Program-made: the position numbers and the translations under genes | Notes under the pieces: generated by a model | Told to the model about the DNA's origin: nothing | The model's database searches: none | Seen by the model: the letters and a program-made list of their open reading frames with translations, nothing else | Origin: an uncultured Ignavibacteriales bacterium | GTDB lineage: Bacteria; Zixibacteria; MSB-5A5; GN15; JAAZOE01 | Reading direction: 5' to 3' | DNA length: 64,000 bases | Assembly (NCBI GenBank): GCA_964611355.1 | Contig: CAZSYD010000002.1 | Span: 10,409-74,408, forward strand | Shown: one piece after another, positions 55,787 through 64,000 of the stretch | How positions within the stretch are numbered: the stretch's first letter is position 1 | How the letters are laid out: each line of letters starts with the position of its first letter

Positions 55787-57447
55787 TGGTTGACAATCTC
55801 CACTTTATAGTGCGTGTTGACCTGGGAGCGGGACTTAAGAAAACTGCCCAGCCTTGCTTGCAAAAGCTTTATCTCATCGTCTGAGTAGAAATCATTATTC
55901 TTTATGGTCGTCCGGACGATAATGCAACGCCTGACGCCCCCGGAAAAACGTTCGACGCCGTTTTTACATTCGGCTTGCTTTATTCGAGGGTCGAAGGTTA
56001 ACGCCCAGCGGGATATCTCGGTGAAACTCAATGCCCGGTCGCGATTGCGGAGCCGTGCGGAAACTTCGGTCATGATCTGTTCGTCGGTTTTGGCCGGAAT
56101 GGCGCCAGCGGTTGGGATGATACTGACGGCTGATGATATCCCGGGATGGCTTTCGTACAATTCATTTATTTTGCCCGCTTCGATTCCATTGCCGTCGGTA
56201 CCTGCGGTAATAGAATAATTGATCGTTAATGAATCGGGCGGCAGTTCCAGATGCGAAGAGAAGTCAAACCAGAGAACCAGCTTGTTGTCTCTTTCCTCGA
56301 ACGAATAATATCGACCGGAAAGGTCCTGAACGGCCAGGTGAGTGGGGATATAATCACGGCCGCTTGAATCAACCACGCTGGTGACCTCCAGAACCCCGTT
56401 GATATCCTCCGGCAGCTCCACGTCTACCAACTGATTACCGCCGGTATGCTTAAAGAGAGTGAGATCGTTTTTATTGACCGCGACGAAGCAGTTGAAATAA
56501 ATCCCAAAGGGTGATTGAAGCCTCGATTTATCGCCGCCGGTAGGAAGATCCAGACGAATCCAGTAGAAGTGGCCGGTGTCCGAGGGAAATTCGATTCCAT
56601 TGGCGGCCAGTTGATCGGCCAGCTTTTCCTCGATCGGTCCCATTTCACAGGTGGATGCAAACTCCCTGGGAATGACCACGAAATTATCATTCAACGGGCG
56701 AAACAGGTCGGCTCCGGATCGCAGGCCGCCCCATTCGAGGACATTTCCGTCAACGGAAAAGATATCATCAAGAGAGGTGGTCAGACCCGGGCAGAAACCG
56801 CTGTCTTCGTAAAAACTCCCATAATGGGAACCGGGATACCACCTTGCCCAGCGCAGTTGCCTTAAGACGTCCGGAATTCCCGTTATGAAAAGCGTTGCGT
56901 CGATAAAATCAGTCGCCGAACCGGTATGATCGACGGCTATATATACCTGATACGAACTGCCGGCAGCGAAGGTTGCCCGTTGTTGTGAAGTCGAGTGAAG
57001 TTCCTCCTCCGGAACCGGTGACAGATCTATAATCTTATCGTCGGTTTTCAGGAAGATATGTTTGACCTGCGCCGCTATGAGTTTTTCCTTTTTAAGGGCG
57101 GAGAAAAAGAAAGTCTGACCGCCTTCGCGGGACTCTTTGTAAAAGAACTTGGTGTGCGGATCGACCTCCACCACCGGATCGACCGGTTCGCAGCGCATAA
57201 CGGTAAAGGCGGGCACCGGCCAGCGCATGCTTTCCGGGCATAACGAGCGAATCAGGGAAGCGGTGACAATTTCCCAGACATTGTCGATGCGCCGGTCAAT
57301 TCTTTCCAACTGATGAGCGTAAAGCTGCATCAGGATTCTGAGGATCGGATCGAGCCGGTCGGGCGAAGCCGGGACTTCCGGATTCCAAGCGCGCAACTCC
57401 CGGTGCATATCGGCAAAGATTTTTTCTCTTGATCGGGATTTTTCCAC
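55783..57447 (-). CDS. tssF: T6SS baseplate subunit TssF (subtype iii-like)
   Basis: LDPILRILMQLYAHQL...LCPESMRWPVPAFTV; NCFVAVN; LRNRDRALS. Confidence 0.8.
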   Translation of the reverse strand: MEKSRSREKIFADMHRELRAWNPEVPASPDRLDPILRILMQLYAHQLERIDRRIDNVWEIVTASLIRSLCPESMRWPVPAFTVMRCEPVDPVVEVDPHTKFFYKESREGGQTFFFSALKKEKLIAAQVKHIFLKTDDKIIDLSPVPEEELHSTSQQRATFAAGSSYQVYIAVDHTGSATDFIDATLFITGIPDVLRQLRWARWYPGSHYGSFYEDSGFCPGLTTSLDDIFSVDGNVLEWGGLRSGADLFRPLNDNFVVIPREFASTCEMGPIEEKLADQLAANGIEFPSDTGHFYWIRLDLPTGGDKSRLQSPFGIYFNCFVAVNKNDLTLFKHTGGNQLVDVELPEDINGVLEVTSVVDSSGRDYIPTHLAVQDLSGRYYSFEERDNKLVLWFDFSSHLELPPDSLTINYSITAGTDGNGIEAGKINELYESHPGISSAVSIIPTAGAIPAKTDEQIMTEVSARLRNRDRALSFTEISRWALTFDPRIKQAECKNGVERFSGGVRRCIIVRTTIKNNDFYSDDEIKLLQARLGSFLKSRSQVNTHYKVEIVNQ

Positions 57448-57478
57448 AATGGTCTATCCTGTCCGGTTCCTCAGATTA

Positions 57479-57859
57479 TCAACCCAGATGATAGGTAGCC
57501 TCAAATAATTCTTCCCTGTCTCCATCGTGGTAATTTCCGGATACCTTGATGGCTATGCCCAGGGCATGGGAGGAGACGCCGTCCAGACTTAGAAAAGATA
57601 CGGATACGTTGTAGATCCTCTTTTCATATTTGTTGATGGCGTTTCTCAGGGTGGATCTGACATCGGCCTTGTTGACCGTGTAAAGGTCAGAAAACTCCTT
57701 TTCCCAGATGGCGCATCCGTACTCGGGCTCAAACGGCATAATGCCCGGGCGGGAACTCAATATCAGACCGACCGAATATGTCAGCGATTCGTGCAGATTG
57801 GCCTTGTCGAGGTAACCATCCTTCAGTACTAACGGTAGCGCCAGATAATCCATAGGCAA
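57479..57859 (-). CDS. tssE: T6SS baseplate wedge TssE (gp25 family)
   Basis: YLALPL...ILSSRPG...FEPEYGCAIWE...AINKYEKRI gp25 signature. Confidence 0.85.
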   Translation of the reverse strand: MPMDYLALPLVLKDGYLDKANLHESLTYSVGLILSSRPGIMPFEPEYGCAIWEKEFSDLYTVNKADVRSTLRNAINKYEKRIYNVSVSFLSLDGVSSHALGIAIKVSGNYHDGDREELFEATYHLG

Positions 57860-57861
57860 GG

Positions 57862-59634
57862 CTAATTCAGTTGAATCGGGTTACCCGATACGGTAACCGT
57901 GGCTCCCTTGATATCGCACTTGGCGGAAGCCTTTGTCTCCAGGTTGGCTCCGGCCTCCGTCTGGAGATTGGTCCCGGATTTTATCTTGAACTCCTGCTGG
58001 CTTTCAAGGCTGATATTATTACCCTTGATGCTGATATCGCCTTCGCTTTCGATGCTGATAGTCGGACCGGCGGCATCCAGAACAATCCGGCTTTTATCGT
58101 CCTTAGTGATGATGCTGATTTGTTCCCCGCCGTCAGTATCGTTGAGAATAATTTTGTTGCCGCTTCGGGTCAAAAACATCTTGACGCTGTTTTTATCGTC
58201 GGCGGTATCGGCGTGCGGGGCGTTTTCCTTGTTGTACAGCGCCCCCAGGGCCACCGGCAGATCGGGACAACCCTGCTCGTATCCCACCAGAACCTCATCG
58301 CCTATTTCAGGGAGGCAAAACCATCCCCGATCCTGCCCGGCGTGGGGCGTCATCATTCGCACCCAGGGGGTTTCGTCCGACTCGTTCCAGGGGAACTGGA
58401 CCTTAATTCTCCCCAGACTTTCGGGGTCGTTGTTGTCGAGAACAACCGCCGTCTGGAGATTAGTCAGTTCTCCCCGGGCGGACCGGCTCTGGGGATAAGC
58501 GATATCCAGCGGGGTGCAGGTGAAGCTGTTATGATATGTTCCCGATTCATCAAAAGTATGCTTGACGGAACCAACCCAATAGACGCCGTTAAACTTGCCC
58601 ATCTTGCTGATTTTAACGCAATGACCGGCGGCAACGGCGGGAACGGTGGAATGACCGGTACAGGTAATCATTCGTCCCAGAGCCCGGCCTTTGTCTCTCT
58701 GAAGAATCTTATCCAGCGACTGGGCGTCGGCGACCGCTTTTGGCGAGGTGGAAAACCCGGATTTGGTAAAGACCTCTTTTGATGCGTCCTGCGATATTTT
58801 CGACAGCTTGGAAAGCGAGGCCTCCGGCGGCAGCGATTCGGTATCCTGGGAGTAAGTCTTTTTCTGTTCGTAGTTGTACGCCTGTGCGGAGAACTCGCTT
58901 GATTCCGTACCCCAGCCTATGGTAAATGAGCCCAGCGTTTCACGCCAGATGAGCTCTTCGACATCCGCTGCGCTTGCCTTTACCACTCGGAATTCTTTGC
59001 CGTCATACAGGGCAAAAAGCCCGCTTCCGCTGGCCAGACGGGCGATGAAATCAAAATCGGTTTCCCGATACTGAACGCAGAATTTCAGGCTGCCAGAGGC
59101 GGAGTCGATGGTTCCCAGCGTGATCGGGTATTGCCTGAGGATAGACCCGATGATATCGGTGGCGCTTTGGTCGTGGTAAAAAGCGTTATGCCTGGCCCCA
59201 TCCATGGCGATGGTGGGACTATGGGCCGTGATGGTGGCGACATTCAAAGCGTCAATACTGTTTTCCAGGTCAACCTTGGTGACCACGCCGATAAACTCCG
59301 ACTGGCGGGAAGCGTCAACCGTTTCGCCCTCCGGCGTTATGGTAAGCGAAAGCGATTTTCCCAGAAACGAGGTATAGGGAACCGACTCGGAAAAATCTCT
59401 TTCGGCGGCCGCCTGACCGATTTCGCGAAGGGTGATTTTTAAGACATGGTGGTCATCAATCGACTGATGGAGTTCAAGTTTCGAGATATCGTACTTGATC
59501 TCCCTGCCTTCGATGACCAGGGCGCAAACAGCGGGTATTCCGATCCGCTGCGACACTTTATCCAGTTTATCCTTCGCCCCTTCGGCTTTGATGGATCGAC
59601 CGCCCTTTGGTTTTTCACTACGCATAAGCTTCAT
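57862..59634 (-). CDS. vgrG: T6SS spike VgrG without C-terminal effector extension
   Basis: VQYRETDFDFIARLA; NNDPESLGRIKVQFPW; PEIGDEVLVGY; TRSGNKI; beta-spike repeats to the end. Confidence 0.92.
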   Translation of the reverse strand: MKLMRSEKPKGGRSIKAEGAKDKLDKVSQRIGIPAVCALVIEGREIKYDISKLELHQSIDDHHVLKITLREIGQAAAERDFSESVPYTSFLGKSLSLTITPEGETVDASRQSEFIGVVTKVDLENSIDALNVATITAHSPTIAMDGARHNAFYHDQSATDIIGSILRQYPITLGTIDSASGSLKFCVQYRETDFDFIARLASGSGLFALYDGKEFRVVKASAADVEELIWRETLGSFTIGWGTESSEFSAQAYNYEQKKTYSQDTESLPPEASLSKLSKISQDASKEVFTKSGFSTSPKAVADAQSLDKILQRDKGRALGRMITCTGHSTVPAVAAGHCVKISKMGKFNGVYWVGSVKHTFDESGTYHNSFTCTPLDIAYPQSRSARGELTNLQTAVVLDNNDPESLGRIKVQFPWNESDETPWVRMMTPHAGQDRGWFCLPEIGDEVLVGYEQGCPDLPVALGALYNKENAPHADTADDKNSVKMFLTRSGNKIILNDTDGGEQISIITKDDKSRIVLDAAGPTISIESEGDISIKGNNISLESQQEFKIKSGTNLQTEAGANLETKASAKCDIKGATVTVSGNPIQLN

Positions 59635-59651
59635 AAAGATGCATTAAACAA

Positions 59652-59680
59652 TCTGCCGGGCAGTTGCCCTGCCCGGCAGA
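59652..59680 (-). terminator. Strong stem-loop between tssD and vgrG (leaky terminator or mRNA stabiliser)
   Basis: TCTGCCGGGCAG-TTGCC-CTGCCCGGCAGA perfect 12-bp stem; only a weak U tract on the minus strand. Confidence 0.65.
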
Positions 59681-59694
59681 AATCAAACGCCTCT

Positions 59695-60099
59695 CTATTC
59701 CTCCCAGCGGTTGTCTATTTCGGCGTCAGCGATCATCAGTCGGTGGCAGGAAATCTCGAAGTATTCACAAACCTGGTCGTCTGCTTTCTCTTTAACGTGC
59801 GGGATGGTCTCCGTATACTTCGTGACAAAACCTTCCTCCCACTTGAGCTCTTTCATAGTGGCGTCGTCCGGGTTTTTAAACATAACCGAGCCGGATTTGA
59901 AGTTGGTTTTGCTGGAATCCATAGCCCAGCGAGCGATATCGACGTTTTCGTCGGATTCTCTCGTGATTTTAATCAAACCGGCGTGAGCCCGATCTGTGGG
60001 ACGACCGGTTTCGTCGTTGGCGGTGTACAACTCATAAGAAACAGCATAAACATTTTTGTAGGCTACGCCATCGACTTCAAGAATTGGTCTCCTGGCCAT
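59695..60099 (-). CDS. tssD: T6SS tube protein TssD/Hcp, Bacteroidota (subtype iii) family
   Basis: DETGRPT...GLIKIT...WAMDS...SGSVMFKN...KELKWEEGFVTKYTE pattern of PF17642-type TssD; AAGGAG RBS. Confidence 0.88.
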   Translation of the reverse strand: MARRPILEVDGVAYKNVYAVSYELYTANDETGRPTDRAHAGLIKITRESDENVDIARWAMDSSKTNFKSGSVMFKNPDDATMKELKWEEGFVTKYTETIPHVKEKADDQVCEYFEISCHRLMIADAEIDNRWEE

Positions 60100-60139
60100 G
60101 ATTGGCTCTCCTTAAGTAAAATGGTTTATATGGACTGAT

Positions 60140-61570
60140 TTACTTATCCTTAACATTAGTCTGATTGTCGTCATTCCAGGCGGTAAACTCGATATTGAAC
60201 GTCCGCGCCGGATATTTCGGATTCAGACTGACCTTGATATCGATTTCCTGCCGCTTGCGCATCTCTTCGTCGGCAAAAATATCGACCTTGTAGTCCTGCA
60301 GGATATTGTCGCCGCCGGAGATCGCTTTCATGAACTTGTCGATATCGCGGCGCATGGCGTCGACGAACTTCTGGTCGATTACCGTAAAGGTCTGCTTGTT
60401 GAGATAATTTCGCAGCGTCTTGTAAACGTAATCGTAAGTGCGGCGAATGGAATAAACGTTGAACGTCTCTTTGCTGAACAGCGTCGCCGCGCCCATCGCC
60501 ACCGCCGTGCCTTCGAAATTTACCAGCGGATTGACGCCTTTTTCGTTGATCTTGCTGGCATCCGGCTGATTGGCCTTAAAGCGAAGATATTTCGCGTCGG
60601 CAATCTTGCCGAACTTGAAACCTGCCATCGGCTGCTGCATGCCGACGGTGATATCGCCCTGATACATTTTGCCCGCTACTGCCGCCGAGGGAGGAATCCA
60701 CATATCTTCATCCTCGTACTGGTTGGCGTTGCGTGCCAGAAGGTAGTTTGAAAACAGCGAAACGTATTGCTTGTGATTATCGATACCGGCCAGGCTGGCA
60801 AAGCTGGGATCATCCAGCATATCCATAACTTCTTCGACCGATTCAAAGTCGGGAAGATCGGTCATGACATGCACCTTGTTGGGCAGGCCCAACAGCCGGG
60901 CGAAACTGTCGATATTCTCGACGCTGCCGAGATAACCCGGAACAACCGCCATCGAGAAACAGTCTTTGATACTCCATTCACGGTACAGATCGGCGATAGC
61001 CTTGGACAGTTGCTCGAACTTCTCTTTGTCGTCGGGATCGGCCAGTTCTTCGGCGCTGGCATTGACGAAATAGGCATTCACTTTTTCGTCCGGCTCCTGC
61101 TGTGCATTGGCAAAGAACTTATCAATGGCCCGGTATGTGGTTTCCATTTCGCGACTGGCCCGGTGAACCTTCTTCATGTTTTTCTCAAGGTTGGCTTCCA
61201 GTTTGGTCGCTTCCTCGGTCAGACCCTTGCGAATTCCATCGACGTTTTCGCTTTTGGCCAGGAATTCAATCCAGGCTTTGAGCCGTTGCGACAGCAGTTT
61301 GCGCTGGGCCGCAAAATCCTTCTTGGTAAGAAACTCCTTGCGCTGGAAGCTTTTTTTCGGGTCGAGCCATTCCACGCCGCGGACAAGGTCGCCGTCGGCA
61401 GATTTGAACGACGGCATCAACGCGGACAGCTTCTTGAAATCGCCGAACGATTCGCCCAGGATGGATGCAAATTCCTCGTCCGATATTTTTTCAACCACCG
61501 CCTCCTCTTTTGCTGAGGCTTCGGCGGCTTCTTCTTTTTGCGGCTGTAATTCCTTTTCCTCTTCGCCCAT
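60140..61570 (-). CDS. tssC: T6SS contractile sheath large subunit TssC (DUF5458 / subtype iii)
   Basis: LETTYR-like METTYRAIDKFF, VVPGYLGS, WIPPSAAVAGKMY, GFKFG; follows tssB. Confidence 0.85.
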   Translation of the reverse strand: MGEEEKELQPQKEEAAEASAKEEAVVEKISDEEFASILGESFGDFKKLSALMPSFKSADGDLVRGVEWLDPKKSFQRKEFLTKKDFAAQRKLLSQRLKAWIEFLAKSENVDGIRKGLTEEATKLEANLEKNMKKVHRASREMETTYRAIDKFFANAQQEPDEKVNAYFVNASAEELADPDDKEKFEQLSKAIADLYREWSIKDCFSMAVVPGYLGSVENIDSFARLLGLPNKVHVMTDLPDFESVEEVMDMLDDPSFASLAGIDNHKQYVSLFSNYLLARNANQYEDEDMWIPPSAAVAGKMYQGDITVGMQQPMAGFKFGKIADAKYLRFKANQPDASKINEKGVNPLVNFEGTAVAMGAATLFSKETFNVYSIRRTYDYVYKTLRNYLNKQTFTVIDQKFVDAMRRDIDKFMKAISGGDNILQDYKVDIFADEEMRKRQEIDIKVSLNPKYPARTFNIEFTAWNDDNQTNVKDK

Positions 61571-61586
61571 TTATATCACCTCTTTT

Positions 61587-62033
61587 CTATTCTTCTTCGC
61601 CGAGAAGATCAATGTAGTACCTGGCAAGCTTCAGCAGGGCTTCCTTCTTCTCTTTATCAGCCAGAGTCTTTTTCAGGGGGTTGTTTTTCTTGAGTTGCTT
61701 CTCCAGATCGTTGAGAATCTCCTTGCCGTAGTATATCTTCTGTAGATGGTCGTTTTTCTCGACCAGTTCCTTGCTGCTGAAATCTTTCATCGCCCTGATT
61801 TCGAATTCGCCATTAACCTGTTCGCCTTCGGTCGATTCCATCTCGACCGAAAACGAGGGTCGAAACTTCTCGAATACCTCCTTCATGTTGGTGCATTTGA
61901 CCGGCGTAACGTCCGCCTCCTCATCGCTGTTCAGCCTTGCGGCATATAGAATCTTGTTGGAGGGGAGCAGTTCCACCGGGATGGAGTCGTCGCGTTTGAT
62001 TTTTTCCGTGGCACCAAGAATAAACTTCGCCAT
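61587..62033 (-). CDS. tssB: T6SS contractile sheath small subunit TssB (subtype iii)
   Basis: LPSNKIL...EVFEKFRPS...EGEQV...MKDFS...QLKKN pattern of Bacteroidota TssB; GGAGG RBS. Confidence 0.85.
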   Translation of the reverse strand: MAKFILGATEKIKRDDSIPVELLPSNKILYAARLNSDEEADVTPVKCTNMKEVFEKFRPSFSVEMESTEGEQVNGEFEIRAMKDFSSKELVEKNDHLQKIYYGKEILNDLEKQLKKNNPLKKTLADKEKKEALLKLARYYIDLLGEEE

Positions 62034-62055
62034 CTATATCCTCCGGTTATTGAGA

Positions 62056-63153
62056 TTAATTACTTGCCTGTTTGGTGAAAACATAAGCGTCGTCTTTTAT
62101 GTCTATCAATAAATTATCGCCAGGAGATACCTCTCCTGTGATAATATCGACCGAAAGTCTATTTATAATATCCCTTTCGATGGTCCGCTGAATTGGCCGG
62201 GCGCCCAGCTCGATCGTGTAACCGTCCCGAGCCAGTTTTTTTCCGGCTTCAGGACTCAGAGTAGCCTTGATGTTTTGGTCTTTAAGCAATACGGACAATT
62301 GCTCGAATTCGAGGCGGGTAATTTTTTCCACCTGCTCTTGGGTGAATGAGTGATATATGATGATATCATTCAGGCGGTTTAGGAATTCGGGGCGGAATTT
62401 GGAAAAGAGAAAACCTCGAACCTCTTCCATGTCAATTTCCCGGCCCTCGCGATCGGCATCCAGAATCTTGTCGGCGGCATAGTTGGAAGTGAGTACCACT
62501 AAGGAGTTGGAAAAATCGACCGTGCGGCCTTGGCCGTCGGTCAAACGCCCGTCGTCAAGAAGTTGCAGCATGATATTGAAAACATCCGGGTGGGCTTTTT
62601 CCACCTCGTCGAAGAGGACGACCGAAAACGGCTTGCGGCGCACGGCTTCGGTGAGGAGGCCGCCTTCCTCGTACCCGACGTATCCCGGCGGAGCGCCGAT
62701 CATTTTGGCCACCGAATGCGATTCCATGTATTCCGACATATCCAGCCGCACCATGGCATTTTTGTCGTCAAAAAGGAATTCCGCCAGAAGCTTGGGCAGG
62801 TAAGTCTTGCCCGTTCCGGTGGGGCCTAAAAACAGGAACGATCCGACTGGCCGGTGGGCCGGTTTCAGCCCCGCACGGGCTTTGCGAATGGCGTTGGCAA
62901 TTGCCTTGATAGCCTTGTCCTGGCCGATGATCTTGGCTGAAAGAAAAGACTCCATGTTGATCAGCCGGTCTTTTTCGGCGGTCAGCATTTTGGCGACCGG
63001 TATGCCGGTACGGCGGGCGACCACGGCGCCTATATCGGCATCGTCGATCTTGTGTTCCAGGGTATCAACGACTGATTTCAGTTCATTGAAGCGATTGATC
63101 TTTTCTTTGAATTCCCGTTTGAGATCATTGAGGTTTATCGTCTTGTCATTCAT
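62056..63153 (-). CDS. tssH: ClpV/TssH C-terminal half (end of middle domain plus AAA D2)
   Basis: RTGIPV, IIGQDKA, GPTGTGKT, RLDMSEY, LFDEVEKAH, RPEFLNRL; own GGAGG RBS; ATGA overlap with the upstream half. Confidence 0.88.
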   Translation of the reverse strand: MNDKTINLNDLKREFKEKINRFNELKSVVDTLEHKIDDADIGAVVARRTGIPVAKMLTAEKDRLINMESFLSAKIIGQDKAIKAIANAIRKARAGLKPAHRPVGSFLFLGPTGTGKTYLPKLLAEFLFDDKNAMVRLDMSEYMESHSVAKMIGAPPGYVGYEEGGLLTEAVRRKPFSVVLFDEVEKAHPDVFNIMLQLLDDGRLTDGQGRTVDFSNSLVVLTSNYAADKILDADREGREIDMEEVRGFLFSKFRPEFLNRLNDIIIYHSFTQEQVEKITRLEFEQLSVLLKDQNIKATLSPEAGKKLARDGYTIELGARPIQRTIERDIINRLSVDIITGEVSPGDNLLIDIKDDAYVFTKQASN

Positions 63154-63998
63154 GCCGTTTTTCCTCCGGTAGCCTCAAGGCGATAACCCCAGTACCCCTG
63201 CAGTATATCCAGATGGCGCGAAAATTCATCATAGGCGGTTTGCAGTTGTTGGAAATCCTGATGCTCTTTTTCAGGGTCTTTTCCCCGGCACGCTTTAACC
63301 AGTTCCTCGACGTGCGAAATCTGTTTTTCCAGTTCGGGAATAAGGCTTTTGGCAAATTCTTCCTTGACGCCGAATTCCGACCCGGCTTCATCGATTATAT
63401 CCAGAGCCACGTCGGGGAGGTTTCTTTCGCTGAGATACCTCTGGGCGAATTTGACAGAGCCGGTCAGGGCTTCCGGCGTATAGGTGATCTTGTGATGCTC
63501 TTCGTATTTGGCGATGACGCCTTTGACAATGCGGACGGCGTTTTCATAGTTGGGTTCTTCGACCTTGATTTTTTCGAACCGCCTTTCCAGCGCCTTGTCT
63601 TTTTCGAGATGCTTGGTGTATTCTTCTTCGGTGGTGGCGCCCATCAGGCGAACCTGGCCCCGCGCCAGCGGCGGCTTCAACAGGTTGGCGGCGTCATTTC
63701 CGCCGGCGGAGCCGACAATCGTGTGAACTTCGTCTACGAACAGGATAATCTTTCCCGCTGATTTGATGACTTCGCTGATGAGGCTTTTAAATCTTTCTTC
63801 GAATTCGCCTTTATATTTGGCCCCGGCCACCATTGCGCCCATATCCACTTCCATAACCTTAACGTCCAGGAGCGCTTTGGGTACCTGGCCGTCCACGACC
63901 GCCTGCGCGAATCCTTCCACAATGGCGGTTTTGCCGACGCCGGGCCCGCCCAGCAAAACCGGGCTGTTTTTCCGACGGCGCAGAAGAATCTGAATCGC
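63150..63998 (-). CDS. tssH: ClpV/TssH N-terminal half (AAA D1), 5'-truncated by the window edge
   Basis: [57 protein letters not shown]; frame open to the window end; stops at TGA 63152-63150. Confidence 0.88.
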   Translation of the reverse strand, partial: AIQILLRRRKNSPVLLGGPGVGKTAIVEGFAQAVVDGQVPKALLDVKVMEVDMGAMVAGAKYKGEFEERFKSLISEVIKSAGKIILFVDEVHTIVGSAGGNDAANLLKPPLARGQVRLMGATTEEEYTKHLEKDKALERRFEKIKVEEPNYENAVRIVKGVIAKYEEHHKITYTPEALTGSVKFAQRYLSERNLPDVALDIIDEAGSEFGVKEEFAKSLIPELEKQISHVEELVKACRGKDPEKEHQDFQQLQTAYDEFSRHLDILQGYWGYRLEATGGKTA

Positions 63999-64000
63999 CT

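Noticed and set aside
60767-61516. 249-aa plus-strand ORF within the T6SS locus
   Set aside because: Antisense shadow of tssC
63146-63391. 81-aa alternative-frame ORF at the clpV junction as a frameshift bridge
   Set aside because: No Clp-like sequence and it does not join the two halves; no canonical slippery heptamer is evident
49598-64000. Prophage or extracellular contractile injection system (eCIS) interpretation of the tail genes
   Set aside because: ClpV, TssK and membrane-anchoring genes are present; no capsid, terminase, integrase, lysis, tape-measure or Afp-type genes are seen
1-64000. rRNA, tRNA, CRISPR arrays, IS elements
   Set aside because: No tRNA cloverleaf or T-loop signature, repeat-spacer array, transposase or terminal inverted repeats found by eye; tRNAscan-SE and Infernal would be needed to exclude them fully

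Overview
64 kb of a ~50% GC diderm bacterium; no rRNA, tRNA, CRISPR array or mobile element was seen. Gene content (signal-peptide-rich envelope proteins, Omp85 fusions, tricorn proteases, sigma54 systems, a Bacteroidota-type T6SS tail) suggests an FCB-superphylum-related lineage such as Zixibacteria, which is inference only. Left half: envelope and signalling genes (RsbV/RsbW/RsbU partner switch, NtrY/NtrX-like pair, Omp85 fusion, GAF-PAS histidine kinase, Ser/Thr kinase-TPR), a ferrochelatase homologue with altered active-site residues, a LonC-type protease, a small basic nucleoid-like protein, and murA. Middle: VWA protein, FG-GAP kinase with sigma54 regulator, two convergent tricorn proteases, and a Ser/Thr kinase/CsgG-like/beta-barrel operon. 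Right 14.4 kb (minus strand, continuing past the window edge): a contractile type VI secretion locus. Two candidate new systems stand out. (1) An unannotated 25-aa peptide gene (MRDYDLLIEELEEKVAPANISLGGQ, 16032-15955) with its own sigma70 promoter, RBS and terminator lies directly downstream of an RRE(PqqD)-M50 peptidase-membrane-fusion-protein gene and converges on a kinase-TPR gene. (2) A T6SS has subtype-iii-like tube, sheath and baseplate genes, but its distal genes are not recognisable TssNOPQR; they are a C-terminally anchored protein, a TRAFAC-GTPase-TM-periplasmic protein and a VirB10/TrbI-like exported protein. Its ClpV also appears to be naturally split in two.
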